A stretch of DNA of 64,000 nucleotides, from positions 12,481 through 76,480 of IMG/VR virus record IMGVR_UViG_3300046804_001782. One strand, written 5' to 3'. The position numbers and the translations under genes are program-made. Each line of letters begins with the position of its first letter. The first letter of the stretch is position 1. The notes below the pieces were generated by a model that saw nothing but the letters and a program-made list of their open reading frames with translations, had not been told where the DNA came from and did not search any database. Below are positions 1 through 9,656 of this stretch, piece by piece. Source of the DNA: a virus.

Positions 1-2
1 CC

Positions 3-1340
3 CTCCAACGTGGAGAAACGTATCTAGCACTGGACATGGGTTTGGGAAAGACCGCATGTGCCATCGCTATTGCAGTAGCAGAAGTCGGTGCAGGAAATGC
101 CCCGGTTGGCGTGTGCGTACCACCTAGTTTGAGAATCAACTGGGAACGGGAGTTTCTGAAGTTTGCTCCCCACATTCGTGTAAAAACGATTAAGGGAAAT
201 AAACCTTATGACGTAAGCGGTGCAGACGTTATCGTATTTGGCGATAGCGTATTGTCCTCTTGGGCTTGTGCGGATCCTCAGAAGAGAAGCCCCTACGATC
301 TTCATGGAAAGATTAAGGCACTCATTGTCGATGAGGCTCATCGACACAAGAACAATTCAAGCAGGGCTAAGTCTTTAAGCAGTCTTGCAAAGACAGTGCG
401 TGGAAGACGAGTACTGTTGTCTGGTACTCCCATACCCAACGGTAGAACGGTTGAAATTGTTAACCAACTAAATGTTTTGGGTGACAATGCTTGGGCGGCT
501 ATCGGTGGTATGGGTAAGTTTTGGCAATACTATGCACCAAAACAATCGTACGGTCGTGGCTCTGTAGACCTTGAGGGTCTTGGTGATGTAATGCGATCAA
601 CGTTCATGCTCAGGAAACGCCGTGACGAAGTACTAGACCTTCCAAACAAGGGACGTTCAGCGATCATTCTGGAGGGTCATGGTGATGGGATCCGTAAGTA
701 TATTGAGATTGAAAATGATCTCATTGCGTTCCTCCAGAAAGAGGGACGAGAATGGCGTGGTGCTGCCCGTAATGAGACATTGGTAAAACTGAATCTCATG
801 AGGGCTGCTGCCGGTGAATCCAAGGTACGAGCACTTATTGAACACATCACTGACATGATGGATACACCGGGAGGTGTGTTCGTGGTGGCCGAACACAATC
901 TAGTAATGGATAACCTCGTTATGGGATTATATAAGCACGGCGTTGTCTGTATTAGAGGTGGAATGTCTGACAATGACAAAGCGGAAGCTATGGATGCATT
1001 CAACACGGGAAGAGCACGTATATTGGTTGGCCAAATTACGTCTGCCGGTACCGGTTTTACATTGCATGGCAACGGACTAAATCACCGTGTTGTAATCGCT
1101 CAGATACCTTGGACACCTGCTGAACTTCGTCAGGCAGAAGACAGGCTGCATCGAATTGGGCAGACACACGATGTAACCGTTGAGGTGGCATTGTGTCATA
1201 TCGAAAACAAACTTACCATTGATGAACGCTTGTGGAGTGTTTTGGAAAGCAAAGCATTTGATACAGGCCGTCTTATTGATGGTATGGGTGAGTACTTACT
1301 CAGTGAGGTTCAGGAGAGCATTATTGACTCGTATCGCTAG
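3..1340 (+). CDS. SNF2/HARP-like helicase, 5' truncated by the window edge
   Basis: Frame open from position 3 (LQRGETYLALDMGLGKT); motifs DMGLGKT, DEAH, LSGTP, QAEDRLHRIGQ. Confidence 0.92.
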   Translation, partial: LQRGETYLALDMGLGKTACAIAIAVAEVGAGNAPVGVCVPPSLRINWEREFLKFAPHIRVKTIKGNKPYDVSGADVIVFGDSVLSSWACADPQKRSPYDLHGKIKALIVDEAHRHKNNSSRAKSLSSLAKTVRGRRVLLSGTPIPNGRTVEIVNQLNVLGDNAWAAIGGMGKFWQYYAPKQSYGRGSVDLEGLGDVMRSTFMLRKRRDEVLDLPNKGRSAIILEGHGDGIRKYIEIENDLIAFLQKEGREWRGAARNETLVKLNLMRAAAGESKVRALIEHITDMMDTPGGVFVVAEHNLVMDNLVMGLYKHGVVCIRGGMSDNDKAEAMDAFNTGRARILVGQITSAGTGFTLHGNGLNHRVVIAQIPWTPAELRQAEDRLHRIGQTHDVTVEVALCHIENKLTIDERLWSVLESKAFDTGRLIDGMGEYLLSEVQESIIDSYR

Positions 1341-1396
1341 TTGTTGTATAACCTACGCCACGCCGCAAACGTGGCTCAGTCCAAAAAGGAATACCA

Positions 1397-1579
1397 ATGG
1401 AAAACAAAACTGTATGGGTTTGTGATACGTGTGGAAGTGACGCTGTTTACTTTGATGCATATGTAAATGTAAATGACATCCAAGACATCCGAGTGTTTGA
1501 TTACACAATGTGTGATGTTTGTGGTGGAGAAACAACCATTAGAGAAATTAACGTAGAAGAAATGGATACATGCAAATGA
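1397..1579 (+). CDS. Small Zn-ribbon protein
   Basis: CDTC...CDVC; AAGGA RBS upstream. Confidence 0.7.
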   Translation: MENKTVWVCDTCGSDAVYFDAYVNVNDIQDIRVFDYTMCDVCGGETTIREINVEEMDTCK

Positions 1580-1938
1580 CAATCACCAAGAAGCAAGAAA
1601 AAGTGCTTGACAAGTACCTCTCTCTGCGAGAAGAATATGAAATGCTCAAGCAAATCATGGAAGAAACAGAGGATGAAATCAAAAACATTCTCCGAGAGAT
1701 TGATGGACACACCGTTAAGTGGGGCGGTCATCAATTTACACTGGTTGAAGCGGAACGTAGGTCGTTCGATGCTTCAGCACTCAAAGAGTTAGTTAGTAAC
1801 TCCGTGTTTAGAAAAGTTACAGAACCGGTGGTTAAAACAACACTCATTGACGCTGCTGTTAAAATTGGTACGATTCAACCAGAGGTAGTAGATGCTATTA
1901 CTTCTATTACACCTTACACACAACTGAGGGTAAAGTGA
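1570..1938 (+). CDS. Hypothetical phage protein (coiled coil plus RRSFD motif), resembles 22865..23299
   Basis: Overlap-coupled ORF; similar architecture to 22865..23299. Confidence 0.7.
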   Translation: MQMTITKKQEKVLDKYLSLREEYEMLKQIMEETEDEIKNILREIDGHTVKWGGHQFTLVEAERRSFDASALKELVSNSVFRKVTEPVVKTTLIDAAVKIGTIQPEVVDAITSITPYTQLRVK

Positions 1939-2099
1939 CTAAAAACGCAGTAACGTGGGTATGTACCGTGTGTTCAAACAAAGTGACCACATTGGTAACG
2001 CTCTCAGAACCTCCCGTCTGTAATAACAACCATCTTCGTGGTGGGAGAGTAATGAAGAAAGTACAGGAAACCAATAGTGAGGAACAAAACAATGAATAA
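1935..2099 (+). CDS. Small Zn-binding protein (54 aa), absent from the ORF track
   Basis: GTGA start/stop overlap; MTKNAVTWVCTVC...PPVCNNNH...; stop overlaps the next gene start. Confidence 0.65.
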   Translation: MTKNAVTWVCTVCSNKVTTLVTLSEPPVCNNNHLRGGRVMKKVQETNSEEQNNE

Positions 2100-2265
2100 T
2101 AAGGTTAGCATTGAGGATGTAATGGCTTGGTTGCAGTCAAAACACACTACAATGTGGGGCGGTAACGGTTGGACTGTCACGAAAGAAGATACTTGTAGAC
2201 AGGCTGCTGACTGGTTTGTATCTCAAATCAATGACCTATACGATTGGAAGAACAATGCACAATGA
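2092..2265 (+). CDS. Hypothetical protein
   Basis: GAGGA RBS then ATG 2092; coupled to neighbours. Confidence 0.6.
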   Translation: MNNKVSIEDVMAWLQSKHTTMWGGNGWTVTKEDTCRQAADWFVSQINDLYDWKNNAQ

Positions 2266-2605
2266 TACCCACAGTGCTGTTGAGGAAATCAAACGCCTCA
2301 GAAAGATTAACAAGCAACTACGAAACATCGTAATGAATGCTAATGATCCCCACAGCAATGATTGCTACGGAGTTCTAGTCGATGATCCTACACCGGTATG
2401 CACGTGTGGGTATGACGACGTAGTTCGTGACTCAATAATGGTAACTACGGAATGTGATGACTGTGATCCTAAACTTGTCGATTTCCTAGCCGCATCCCTT
2501 ACCGACGTTATTGGTAAGCATGTTCCAGAGAACGAGCAGAATAATTGGAATAACGTACTGCTTATGTACATTAACTACAAAGAAGGAAATAAAAACAATG
2601 AGTAA
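2255..2605 (+). CDS. Hypothetical protein
   Basis: Fills the operon; start trimmed to ATG 2255. Confidence 0.6.
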   Translation: MHNDTHSAVEEIKRLRKINKQLRNIVMNANDPHSNDCYGVLVDDPTPVCTCGYDDVVRDSIMVTTECDDCDPKLVDFLAASLTDVIGKHVPENEQNNWNNVLLMYINYKEGNKNNE

Positions 2606-3614
2606 TACCACGGTATTAGTGACCGGGGCTTCGGGATTCGTGGGACACCACGTCGTGGAGCACCTTTTGGAGAACACCGATTGGGACGTAATAGGAACGT
2701 ATACATATCAACATCGTGGTGATCCGTGGAGGTTGAAGCACCTAGCAGACAACCCTCGTCTAAAGTTGGTTCGCATGGATTGCGCTGCCCCGTTTGGATC
2801 ACTTAGTGATGCCTTTGATAATGTAACAGTTGATTATGTGCTGCATATTGCTGCCGACTCACATGTTGATCGCAGCATCACTGATCCAGTTCCTTTCATC
2901 CGCAACAATGTTGACCTTACGTTGTTCACTTTGGAGTGGGCACGACAAGCCAAGCCGAAACTGTTCATACAGTTCAGCACTGATGAGGTATATGGCCCTG
3001 CACCAGCAGGTGTGCAACATGAGGAATGGTCGCCAATCGTTCCTAGCAATCCTTACAGTGCTAGTAAGGCGGCACAGGAAGCAATCGCCATTTCTTACTG
3101 GCGCACCTATGACATTCCACTCATTATCACTAACACCATGAACGTCATTGGAGAGCGTCAGGACGTTGAGAAGTTCGTGCCGATGCTCATTCGTGGCGCA
3201 CAGACTGGTGAAAGCGTTACGATTCATGCGGATGATGAGGAACGACCCGGTAGCAGATACTACATCCACGCACGTAATGTGGCTGATGCTCTCTTATTTA
3301 TTATCAATAAGTATAAGGATGAAGACATCCTCTATCGTGAGCGTCTTCGTGATAAACCTCCTCGCTTCAATGTCGTTGGAGAGATGGAGATGGACAACCT
3401 TACGATGGCGTTCAAGGTTGCTGATGCTGTTGGAAAGACGCTTAACTATAAACTAGTAAACTTTCACGCTGCACGTCCCGGCCATGACCGCAGGTATGCA
3501 CTAGATGGTGCTAAGTTAGCCAACCTCGGATGGGTACCTCCGGTAGACATTGATACGTCTATTCGTCGCACCGTAAATTGGGAACTTAATAACAGGTGGA
3601 AAGACAATGATTAA
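2598..3614 (+). CDS. rfbB: dTDP-glucose 4,6-dehydratase-like NDP-sugar dehydratase
   Basis: VLVTGASGFVG, AADSHVDRSI, STDEVYG, NPYSASK, RPGHDRRYA. Confidence 0.9.
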   Translation: MSNTTVLVTGASGFVGHHVVEHLLENTDWDVIGTYTYQHRGDPWRLKHLADNPRLKLVRMDCAAPFGSLSDAFDNVTVDYVLHIAADSHVDRSITDPVPFIRNNVDLTLFTLEWARQAKPKLFIQFSTDEVYGPAPAGVQHEEWSPIVPSNPYSASKAAQEAIAISYWRTYDIPLIITNTMNVIGERQDVEKFVPMLIRGAQTGESVTIHADDEERPGSRYYIHARNVADALLFIINKYKDEDILYRERLRDKPPRFNVVGEMEMDNLTMAFKVADAVGKTLNYKLVNFHAARPGHDRRYALDGAKLANLGWVPPVDIDTSIRRTVNWELNNRWKDND

Positions 3615-4065
3615 AACAGTTTCTCAGTATCAATACGAGTATTGGGAATTCCTAAAGGATAGGGGATGGAAGATGATTCCGTCCCCTATCTCTTTGGGCA
3701 CTGCCAATACGGATCTAAACAAAAAAACTATAAACGTAAGACCATCAGTGTTTGCACAACCCTCTATAAGAGTAGTACGGTATGTCATACCTCACGAGAT
3801 TTGGCATGCTCTACATGGAGAACTTTTAGATTACATGTGCATGACACTCCGCACGCAACGACGGTTGACTGCAAAATCAGCAATTGAGGTGGTTGCCGAT
3901 AGTGGATGTTTGTTTATGGATGATTCACGAGCCATGAATACATGGGTACGGTCTTCCGTTATGTGGCATGGTCGGGTAGGGTATAGATACTCAATGTCAG
4001 ACGTACGTTCAAAAGAAGCACTGGATCTAGTAAACATGTTGGATGCGGAGGCCCGCCGTGGCTGA
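3607..4065 (+). CDS. Putative zinc metallopeptidase-like protein
   Basis: HEIWH (HExxH) with a downstream Glu (EVVAD). Confidence 0.55.
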   Translation: MIKTVSQYQYEYWEFLKDRGWKMIPSPISLGTANTDLNKKTINVRPSVFAQPSIRVVRYVIPHEIWHALHGELLDYMCMTLRTQRRLTAKSAIEVVADSGCLFMDDSRAMNTWVRSSVMWHGRVGYRYSMSDVRSKEALDLVNMLDAEARRG

Positions 4066-4258
4066 TTTTGAATATACAATTCATGGACCAATGTGGCAAT
4101 ATAAGTGTGAAAGTTGTCATGCTATGGGCGATTGCTGGGATACCGAGCAAGAAGCAATAGATGATATGAACGATCACGATTGTATAACATACTGGAAGAG
4201 CCGCATACCTCCCAGTGTTCTTGAAGAACTTATTAATCAAAGGAAACATGATGACTGA
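4058..4258 (+). CDS. Small hypothetical protein (CxxC...HxC)
   Basis: GGAGG RBS before GTG 4058. Confidence 0.6.
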   Translation: MADFEYTIHGPMWQYKCESCHAMGDCWDTEQEAIDDMNDHDCITYWKSRIPPSVLEELINQRKHDD

Positions 4259-4535
4259 AAAGATAAACTTTGTTTATGAATGGGAGTATGGTGAGGATAC
4301 AGGTACCTATTTATGCGTAGGTCAGGTATTCATTCTTGGAGTTCAGTACACCGAAGAGTATGGTGGATACTGGTCGATGTGTTGGGATAACGAACCATCA
4401 GACCCACGTTGGGGAGAACAACAGTTAGAAATCTCTTCAGAAGCAATACACCCAACCATTGACCAAGCAATGGATTGGTGCGAAGAAATGGATATGAAAG
4501 AAGCCGACTACGACGCTGCTCAGTTTGAGCAGTAA
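4248..4535 (+). CDS. Hypothetical acidic protein
   Basis: AAGGA RBS; operon fit. Confidence 0.6.
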   Translation: MMTEKINFVYEWEYGEDTGTYLCVGQVFILGVQYTEEYGGYWSMCWDNEPSDPRWGEQQLEISSEAIHPTIDQAMDWCEEMDMKEADYDAAQFEQ

Positions 4536-4549
4536 AAGAAAGAATAACC

Positions 4550-5056
4550 ATGATTAAGGATTCCTATAGCAACCCACCATTTTACAAGTACGACTGGGAT
4601 TTAGTTATGTGGGCAAACCCATTGCCAAATGACTTGGTCGCCTTGTACGAACTATGTGAAAGCGTAAGAGTTACGTTTACCAAACACCTTCGTGTACTTC
4701 TAGAGAACGGTGGAAACCTAGACGATGCCCCACCGTGGCGGCAGTGGTTGTGGGACTTTGCAGTTGTTAAGTCACAATTCACACAAGAAGAAGAATTTGA
4801 AGAAGGTACTTACTTGGCATTCCTAGACTTTGAAAATATTGGTAAGTACGTACACGATGATCGAATGTTTGAGTCTATGACAGAAGAAGAAATGGAAGAA
4901 CATTTTGAAATGTTAAACAGAGTAGAGGACATGCTGAATGAGATCATGAACAATGACGCATATGCGAAATCTCTGCTTAATGTACAAAAACGTTCTGAGG
5001 AAATTGATGAACTAAACGAGTTGTTTAACTCTTCAGGAAGTGGAGATACCGAATGA
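4550..5056 (+). CDS. Hypothetical acidic protein
   Basis: 168-aa ORF; operon fit. Confidence 0.65.
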   Translation: MIKDSYSNPPFYKYDWDLVMWANPLPNDLVALYELCESVRVTFTKHLRVLLENGGNLDDAPPWRQWLWDFAVVKSQFTQEEEFEEGTYLAFLDFENIGKYVHDDRMFESMTEEEMEEHFEMLNRVEDMLNEIMNNDAYAKSLLNVQKRSEEIDELNELFNSSGSGDTE

Positions 5057-5241
5057 ACGACGACAACATAAGCCAACTGGTGGATGAGATCATCAACGGA
5101 ATAAAGGGTCAGAGCATTGTGTCTTCTATAGAGATGGTTGACGCACTTCTTGATATCAGGAATGCCGCTGTGTCAATGGAGCAGGAACTTCAGCAACTAC
5201 TGGACGCAAACAAACCGCAAACGTGTGGCTGTCCAGAATGA
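5053..5241 (+). CDS. Hypothetical protein
   Basis: ATGA overlaps at both ends. Confidence 0.6.
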   Translation: MNDDNISQLVDEIINGIKGQSIVSSIEMVDALLDIRNAAVSMEQELQQLLDANKPQTCGCPE

Positions 5242-5717
5242 AGAAACTATGCAGTGGACCAGTTTGTAATAGAGAAGTCGCTGCCAAAGGATTGTGTTCT
5301 GCACACTATAAACAAATGCAACGGCACGGAAGACTCTCTGTTATTGAAGAATTTGATTCCGAGGAAGACCGGTTCTGGTCACATATAGATAAACGAAGAG
5401 ATAGTGGTTGTTGGGTATGGACAGGACCAATTGATAAAGGTTACGGTAGGCTTTACCATAACGGAAAAGCCTACCAAGCGCACAGGTGGTCATACGAGCA
5501 ACACAAACATGTGTCACTCACCAAGAAAGATACACTAGACCACTTGTGTCGAAATACACTCTGTTGCAACCCAGAACATCTAGAAAAGGTTTCTCTCATT
5601 GAGAATATTGAGAGACAACACCTGTATCATGCTTTGGTCGCTGAGAATGAAAGACTGCGTGATTTCATTGCAAGTTTGGGATACGATCCAGATAACTTAC
5701 TCAAAAAGGATGACTAA
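5238..5717 (+). CDS. HNH endonuclease with N-terminal Zn finger
   Basis: RFWSHI, CWVWTG, GYG, AHRWSYE, LDHLCRNTLCCNPEHLE. Confidence 0.9.
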   Translation: MKKLCSGPVCNREVAAKGLCSAHYKQMQRHGRLSVIEEFDSEEDRFWSHIDKRRDSGCWVWTGPIDKGYGRLYHNGKAYQAHRWSYEQHKHVSLTKKDTLDHLCRNTLCCNPEHLEKVSLIENIERQHLYHALVAENERLRDFIASLGYDPDNLLKKDD

Positions 5718-5719
5718 TT

Positions 5720-6151
5720 GTGCAAACATTTCTAACACACGTACCGGTGTGGGTAGATTTCAGAACAACAGCAAGCACTCTTGATTATCGGCGGCTAGGA
5801 AAACAAAGGGTGGAGGGTCTTCAAATCCTTAATACACTCACCGGTCGTTCCACAGGATGGCGTAACCATCCAGCAGTCCGTATGTGGGTAGGGCACGAAG
5901 AAGTACTTGCTCACTACGTTATGGACATCTGCCGTGAGTGGATAGGACTGGGATACAAAGACACAGTTATGGGAAAAGTAAAAGATATGTTTCCCATGCT
6001 TTCCTATGCTTCCCAACTGGTTGTTCCAGATTGGTTGACTGAGGATCTTGTTATCTCGCACAGATCCAACCTAGTTCGTAAGTTTCCAGAGCATTACGGG
6101 CCTTTGTGGCCCACCGTACCAAATGATCTACCATACATCTGGCCAAAGTAG
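5720..6151 (+). CDS. Pyrimidine-dimer DNA glycosylase-like protein (MSMEG_6728/DenV-related)
   Basis: MQTFL, LDYRRLGKQRVE, NHPAVRMW, SHRSNL, LPYIWP. Confidence 0.8.
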   Translation: MQTFLTHVPVWVDFRTTASTLDYRRLGKQRVEGLQILNTLTGRSTGWRNHPAVRMWVGHEEVLAHYVMDICREWIGLGYKDTVMGKVKDMFPMLSYASQLVVPDWLTEDLVISHRSNLVRKFPEHYGPLWPTVPNDLPYIWPK

Positions 6152-6157
6152 GACAAA

Positions 6158-6424
6158 ATGAACGATAAAGATATTGTACTTCCTATCCTCAAGTGGGAAG
6201 GAAGAAGAGGTTGGAAAGAAGAAGCAGCGTGCCGTGGCCTTTCTACTGAACTCTTCTTTAGAAAGAAGCCAACCTATGCACTCATTGATAGGTGTAACAA
6301 ATGCCCGGTACGTCTAGAGTGTCTTGAATACGCTATTAGAAACGACTTAACCAGTGGCATCTTTGGTGGTTTGAACATGCAGCAGAGGGAAGGTATGACC
6401 GTTGAAGATATCAAAGTCGGATGA
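6158..6424 (+). CDS. whiB: WhiB family Fe-S transcription factor
   Basis: W..AAC...LFF...CNKCPVRLECL...GIFGG. Confidence 0.9.
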   Translation: MNDKDIVLPILKWEGRRGWKEEAACRGLSTELFFRKKPTYALIDRCNKCPVRLECLEYAIRNDLTSGIFGGLNMQQREGMTVEDIKVG

Positions 6425-6791
6425 CCGTTGGATGAGGCTTGCCATCAAGCAGGCTCAATGGGCACCACATGACAAGTGGCGGGTTGGAGCCGTGCTGGTG
6501 AGGGGAGGTTCCGTCATCAGCACGGGTTACAACCGGTATAGAAACCACCCGGCGCAAGTAAATCTAGAGGGAATCTCTTACCACGCTGAGGAAGCCTGCA
6601 TCATGAAGGCAGGCGACCCACACGGCGCTACTATCTATGTAGCCCGTATTACCAAGAGTGGACTTCTTGGGATGGCAAAGCCTTGTGTAAGGTGCCAAGA
6701 ACTACTTCTCAGTAATGGAGTTCGTGCTGTGGTTTACACCACACCTACGGAAATCATAAAACTGAGATCTTTGTACGAATTAGATGTTTGA
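6402..6791 (+). CDS. Cytidine/dCMP deaminase-family Zn enzyme
   Basis: VGAVLV, GYN, HAE, PCVRC. Confidence 0.85.
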   Translation: MKISKSDDRWMRLAIKQAQWAPHDKWRVGAVLVRGGSVISTGYNRYRNHPAQVNLEGISYHAEEACIMKAGDPHGATIYVARITKSGLLGMAKPCVRCQELLLSNGVRAVVYTTPTEIIKLRSLYELDV

Positions 6792-7841
6792 TAGGATGTC
6801 TATCCATCTGCGTGCCCCAACGGACACATCTCTTTGTTGTACTCGTTCCCAGTTTTGCAAACTCTCATCACGGCGAACACTGTAATTTTGTAACGCCTTT
6901 AGGTGCTTAAGCCAATCGGACGGATGTTTGGCTACACGACCAATGCCGTATGTCTTGTTTAGAGATATGTAAGAGTCTAGGTTTTGAGCGACAAAGGGGA
7001 TGCCTGCGGCAGCGTACTCTAAACCTTTTATGTAACTCTTTGCTTGGTTGAACGGTACGTTACTCAAAGGAACTATACCTACATCCATAGTCAATGCTGA
7101 TGGGTATAGATCAGCAGGAAGTAATCCTACTTTGTGAACTGATTCTTCCTCAACTCCGATAGTTTTGGCAAACGAGTCATGAACATCAGCATGACCAACA
7201 TGCATTAGGGAGTATTGACCGTTTCGTTGCACTTGTTTGAGTACGGAGGCGACTGTCTCTAAATCACCACTTCTGTGGGCTGTAGAACCGGCCCATCCTA
7301 AAACAGGAACCGCTACATCTTCGTGAGTCTTCTTGGTAAACCGACTAATATCTACTGTGTTCTCAATCAGTACTATCGGTGCTTTTACAAATGAAGAAAC
7401 CCTATCAGCAAGATAGGGTGTACTAACAGTAACTATATCTGAGTTGGACAGAATACCGCGGTAATGGTTAATGTTCTCTTTTATATTGTACTTAGGGTGA
7501 GATAACTTCCAAGCAGCATTTCTAGTGCTGAGTCCCCAGTACCAGTCATCTAAGTCATTTATTATCTTCTGACCATTAGCACGAGCCATTTTAATATGGC
7601 GAGCCAACCCATCGTGCATCAAGCGTTGCAATATGAGTACGTCTGGAACGTGATCGTTACCATCGTCGTCCGTGATTATAAAGCAAGAGTTTTTCCATGT
7701 TGGAAAACCTACTACTACTTTATATGGCATAAAGAACAGGTATTGACCTATGCGTATCCAGCCGCTTCCCCCCCAGTAAGCCTTGCCATCAGCAGACTTA
7801 CTGGAGGGAATGCGATCAGCCGAGGCAATGCCTAGGATCAT
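6780..7841 (-). CDS. GT-B fold glycosyltransferase
   Basis: DLDD, VTVSTPYLA, GWAGSTAH, FNQAKSYIKGLEYAAAGIPFV. Confidence 0.85.
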   Translation of the reverse strand: MILGIASADRIPSSKSADGKAYWGGSGWIRIGQYLFFMPYKVVVGFPTWKNSCFIITDDDGNDHVPDVLILQRLMHDGLARHIKMARANGQKIINDLDDWYWGLSTRNAAWKLSHPKYNIKENINHYRGILSNSDIVTVSTPYLADRVSSFVKAPIVLIENTVDISRFTKKTHEDVAVPVLGWAGSTAHRSGDLETVASVLKQVQRNGQYSLMHVGHADVHDSFAKTIGVEEESVHKVGLLPADLYPSALTMDVGIVPLSNVPFNQAKSYIKGLEYAAAGIPFVAQNLDSYISLNKTYGIGRVAKHPSDWLKHLKALQNYSVRRDESLQNWERVQQRDVSVGARRWIDILSNI

Positions 7842-8062
7842 GCAGACTGCTCGTTACGCTTCTTACGACGAACCCAGTTATTAGCAAACTTGGAGATGTC
7901 AGTTGCATCCCACAGTGGAGTAGCAGCCAGAGTGCGAATTGGCTGAGGGAAGTCCTTGCGCTTACGCAGTGTGTAAATCTGCTGCTTCGGGCACTGAAGG
8001 ATAGCCGCTACCTCAGCAGTGCCGATAATGCTTTCAATGTTTACAAGAGTGTTTGAATCCAT
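7838..8062 (-). CDS. AlpA/excisionase-like HTH protein
   Basis: IGTAEVAAIL...QIYTLRKRKDFPQP...PLW. Confidence 0.75.
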   Translation of the reverse strand: MDSNTLVNIESIIGTAEVAAILQCPKQQIYTLRKRKDFPQPIRTLAATPLWDATDISKFANNWVRRKKRNEQSA

Positions 8063-8063
8063 G

Positions 8064-8447
8064 TTATTCACCTCTGAAAATGTCGAAAATGAGTTTGTCG
8101 ATGTCAAAGTGTTGTCCATTTTTTGGTACCTTTTCAATGTCTATTGTTGTTGTTTTTTCTGCTTCTGCATTGAAGCATTTTTCGCATGAGCATCCGAGTC
8201 TATAACGCTCTCGTGTGCCGTGAGGAACTTTACTGGGATTCTTACGGTCTTGGGGAGAAGTACCTCCCCAACAACCCCATCGTTCATCACTTTTTATTGC
8301 GCTTTCTATACAGTACTCCCATACAGGACAGTTTGTACAGACTTGTTTAGAAATACTGTAGTACGAATTTGGATCTTTTAGTTCAAGGGGTGGGTAGAAC
8401 AAGTCTATGTGTATGTCTTTACATGCAGCCTTGTCTAACCAATCCAT
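8064..8447 (-). CDS. whiB: WhiB family protein with an extra C-terminal HGT...CxCxxC motif
   Basis: WLDKAAC, CTNCPVWEYC, GCWGG, then HGTRERYRLGCSCEKC. Confidence 0.88.
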   Translation of the reverse strand: MDWLDKAACKDIHIDLFYPPLELKDPNSYYSISKQVCTNCPVWEYCIESAIKSDERWGCWGGTSPQDRKNPSKVPHGTRERYRLGCSCEKCFNAEAEKTTTIDIEKVPKNGQHFDIDKLIFDIFRGE

Positions 8448-9353
8448 TTAACTACTTCGTACCACACAGTCATAACCACACGCTGCATACCCGGCTTTAT
8501 CAGCCCACGTGTCTTGTTTGTTAGGGTCCCAAGCAAGGCGAGAATCCTTGAGTTGACCCATCATAATAGCGACATCATGTGTATCCAACACGGTGTCAAT
8601 GATGTCCCAAACCTCTTCGTCAATGCTGTATCCCAAAACATGGAGTTTGCGACGAAGAACACCGCCGACATGCGTTGACCAATAAGTGGCAGTACGTCGG
8701 AAGTCATCATTTGGATCACCGTACTGGACATTGCGGTCACCATTTACCAACCCCGTTGCCATTTCTAGCAAGTGTGTGCGATGGTTAGTGATTTCTTCGT
8801 CTTCCATATAGTGTTCTGTTCCTGACATGATACCTTCGTACGTTCCCATAAACAACTCGTAAGCAAGTTCTGGGGAAAACCCAACTTGTGAACCACTACG
8901 AATATGATCTGCTTCCCACAAGTAGGTAGCCCGGTCTGCGTGATGGATGACCTCTGGGTGTGGATAGATACCACCAAACTTTTGATGAATTATCTTCATT
9001 ACCGATTCTTCAATTGGCTTAAAGACAGCCTCCATTTGAGGAAGACGTTTTAGTGGACGCATCATGTCGCCAACGTATGCTTCTGCTGCGTCATGTAGCA
9101 GACCAGTTAGTACGATGTCATCACTATACCCCTGTTCATTCAACCACCACGCCACTCTTACACTGTGCTCTGCAACTGAGTAAAAGTTAGGCAAGTGACC
9201 ATTGAACCTACAGATATTGGAGAGACTGGTAGCGATGTCCTCCATAGTTAGCATGTCTGGTTCAATGTTAATAATATCGGCATAGTTTCCTGTGGCTGTC
9301 TCAATGGTGCCGACCCATTCCCACTTGGCTTCGTTTGTTGTATCAGTAATCAT
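8448..9353 (-). CDS. HD-domain (YfdR/YfbR-like) phosphohydrolase fused to a DUF6378-like domain
   Basis: CRFNGH..YSVAEHS..LLHDAAEAYVGD; C-terminal RNVQYGDP..F...DVAIMM..LK..R...DKAGYA. Confidence 0.8.
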   Translation of the reverse strand: MITDTTNEAKWEWVGTIETATGNYADIINIEPDMLTMEDIATSLSNICRFNGHLPNFYSVAEHSVRVAWWLNEQGYSDDIVLTGLLHDAAEAYVGDMMRPLKRLPQMEAVFKPIEESVMKIIHQKFGGIYPHPEVIHHADRATYLWEADHIRSGSQVGFSPELAYELFMGTYEGIMSGTEHYMEDEEITNHRTHLLEMATGLVNGDRNVQYGDPNDDFRRTATYWSTHVGGVLRRKLHVLGYSIDEEVWDIIDTVLDTHDVAIMMGQLKDSRLAWDPNKQDTWADKAGYAACGYDCVVRSS

Positions 9354-9651
9354 TTTGTGAGTCTCCGTAGACGTACGTTTTTGCCGTGCGGTATAGGTGG
9401 TCTACACCTGCTTCTGTAATACACCACTTGTCTTCTACTTTTGTAATGAACCCCCACTTTTTAAGGAGATTCATAGACTGGCTTGTAGATTTGCGGTTAG
9501 AGAAGAGGACAGAAATGCTCTCCATATCTTCAACGGTGAATGGCTTTTTAAACATCTTAGCGACAAGAAGTGCCACATGCGTTCGGCTGTTTGGTTTGTA
9601 TTTCTGATCCAGCACTTTATTTTTCATGGTACCCAGTATGTCAGTAAGCAC
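9343..9651 (-). CDS. Winged-helix-like protein
   Basis: LKKWGFI...WCITEAG wing pattern. Confidence 0.55.
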   Translation of the reverse strand: MLTDILGTMKNKVLDQKYKPNSRTHVALLVAKMFKKPFTVEDMESISVLFSNRKSTSQSMNLLKKWGFITKVEDKWCITEAGVDHLYRTAKTYVYGDSQNDY

Positions 9652-9656
9652 AACTA

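Noticed and set aside
1357-1375. Small hairpin GCCACG-N7-CGTGGC after the first helicase
   Set aside because: Only 6 bp with no U-tract; too weak to call
8448-9353. Z-genome (2-aminoadenine) pathway suggested by the HD hydrolase
   Set aside because: No PurZ/adenylosuccinate-synthetase homolog in the window, and an HD domain alone is not diagnostic
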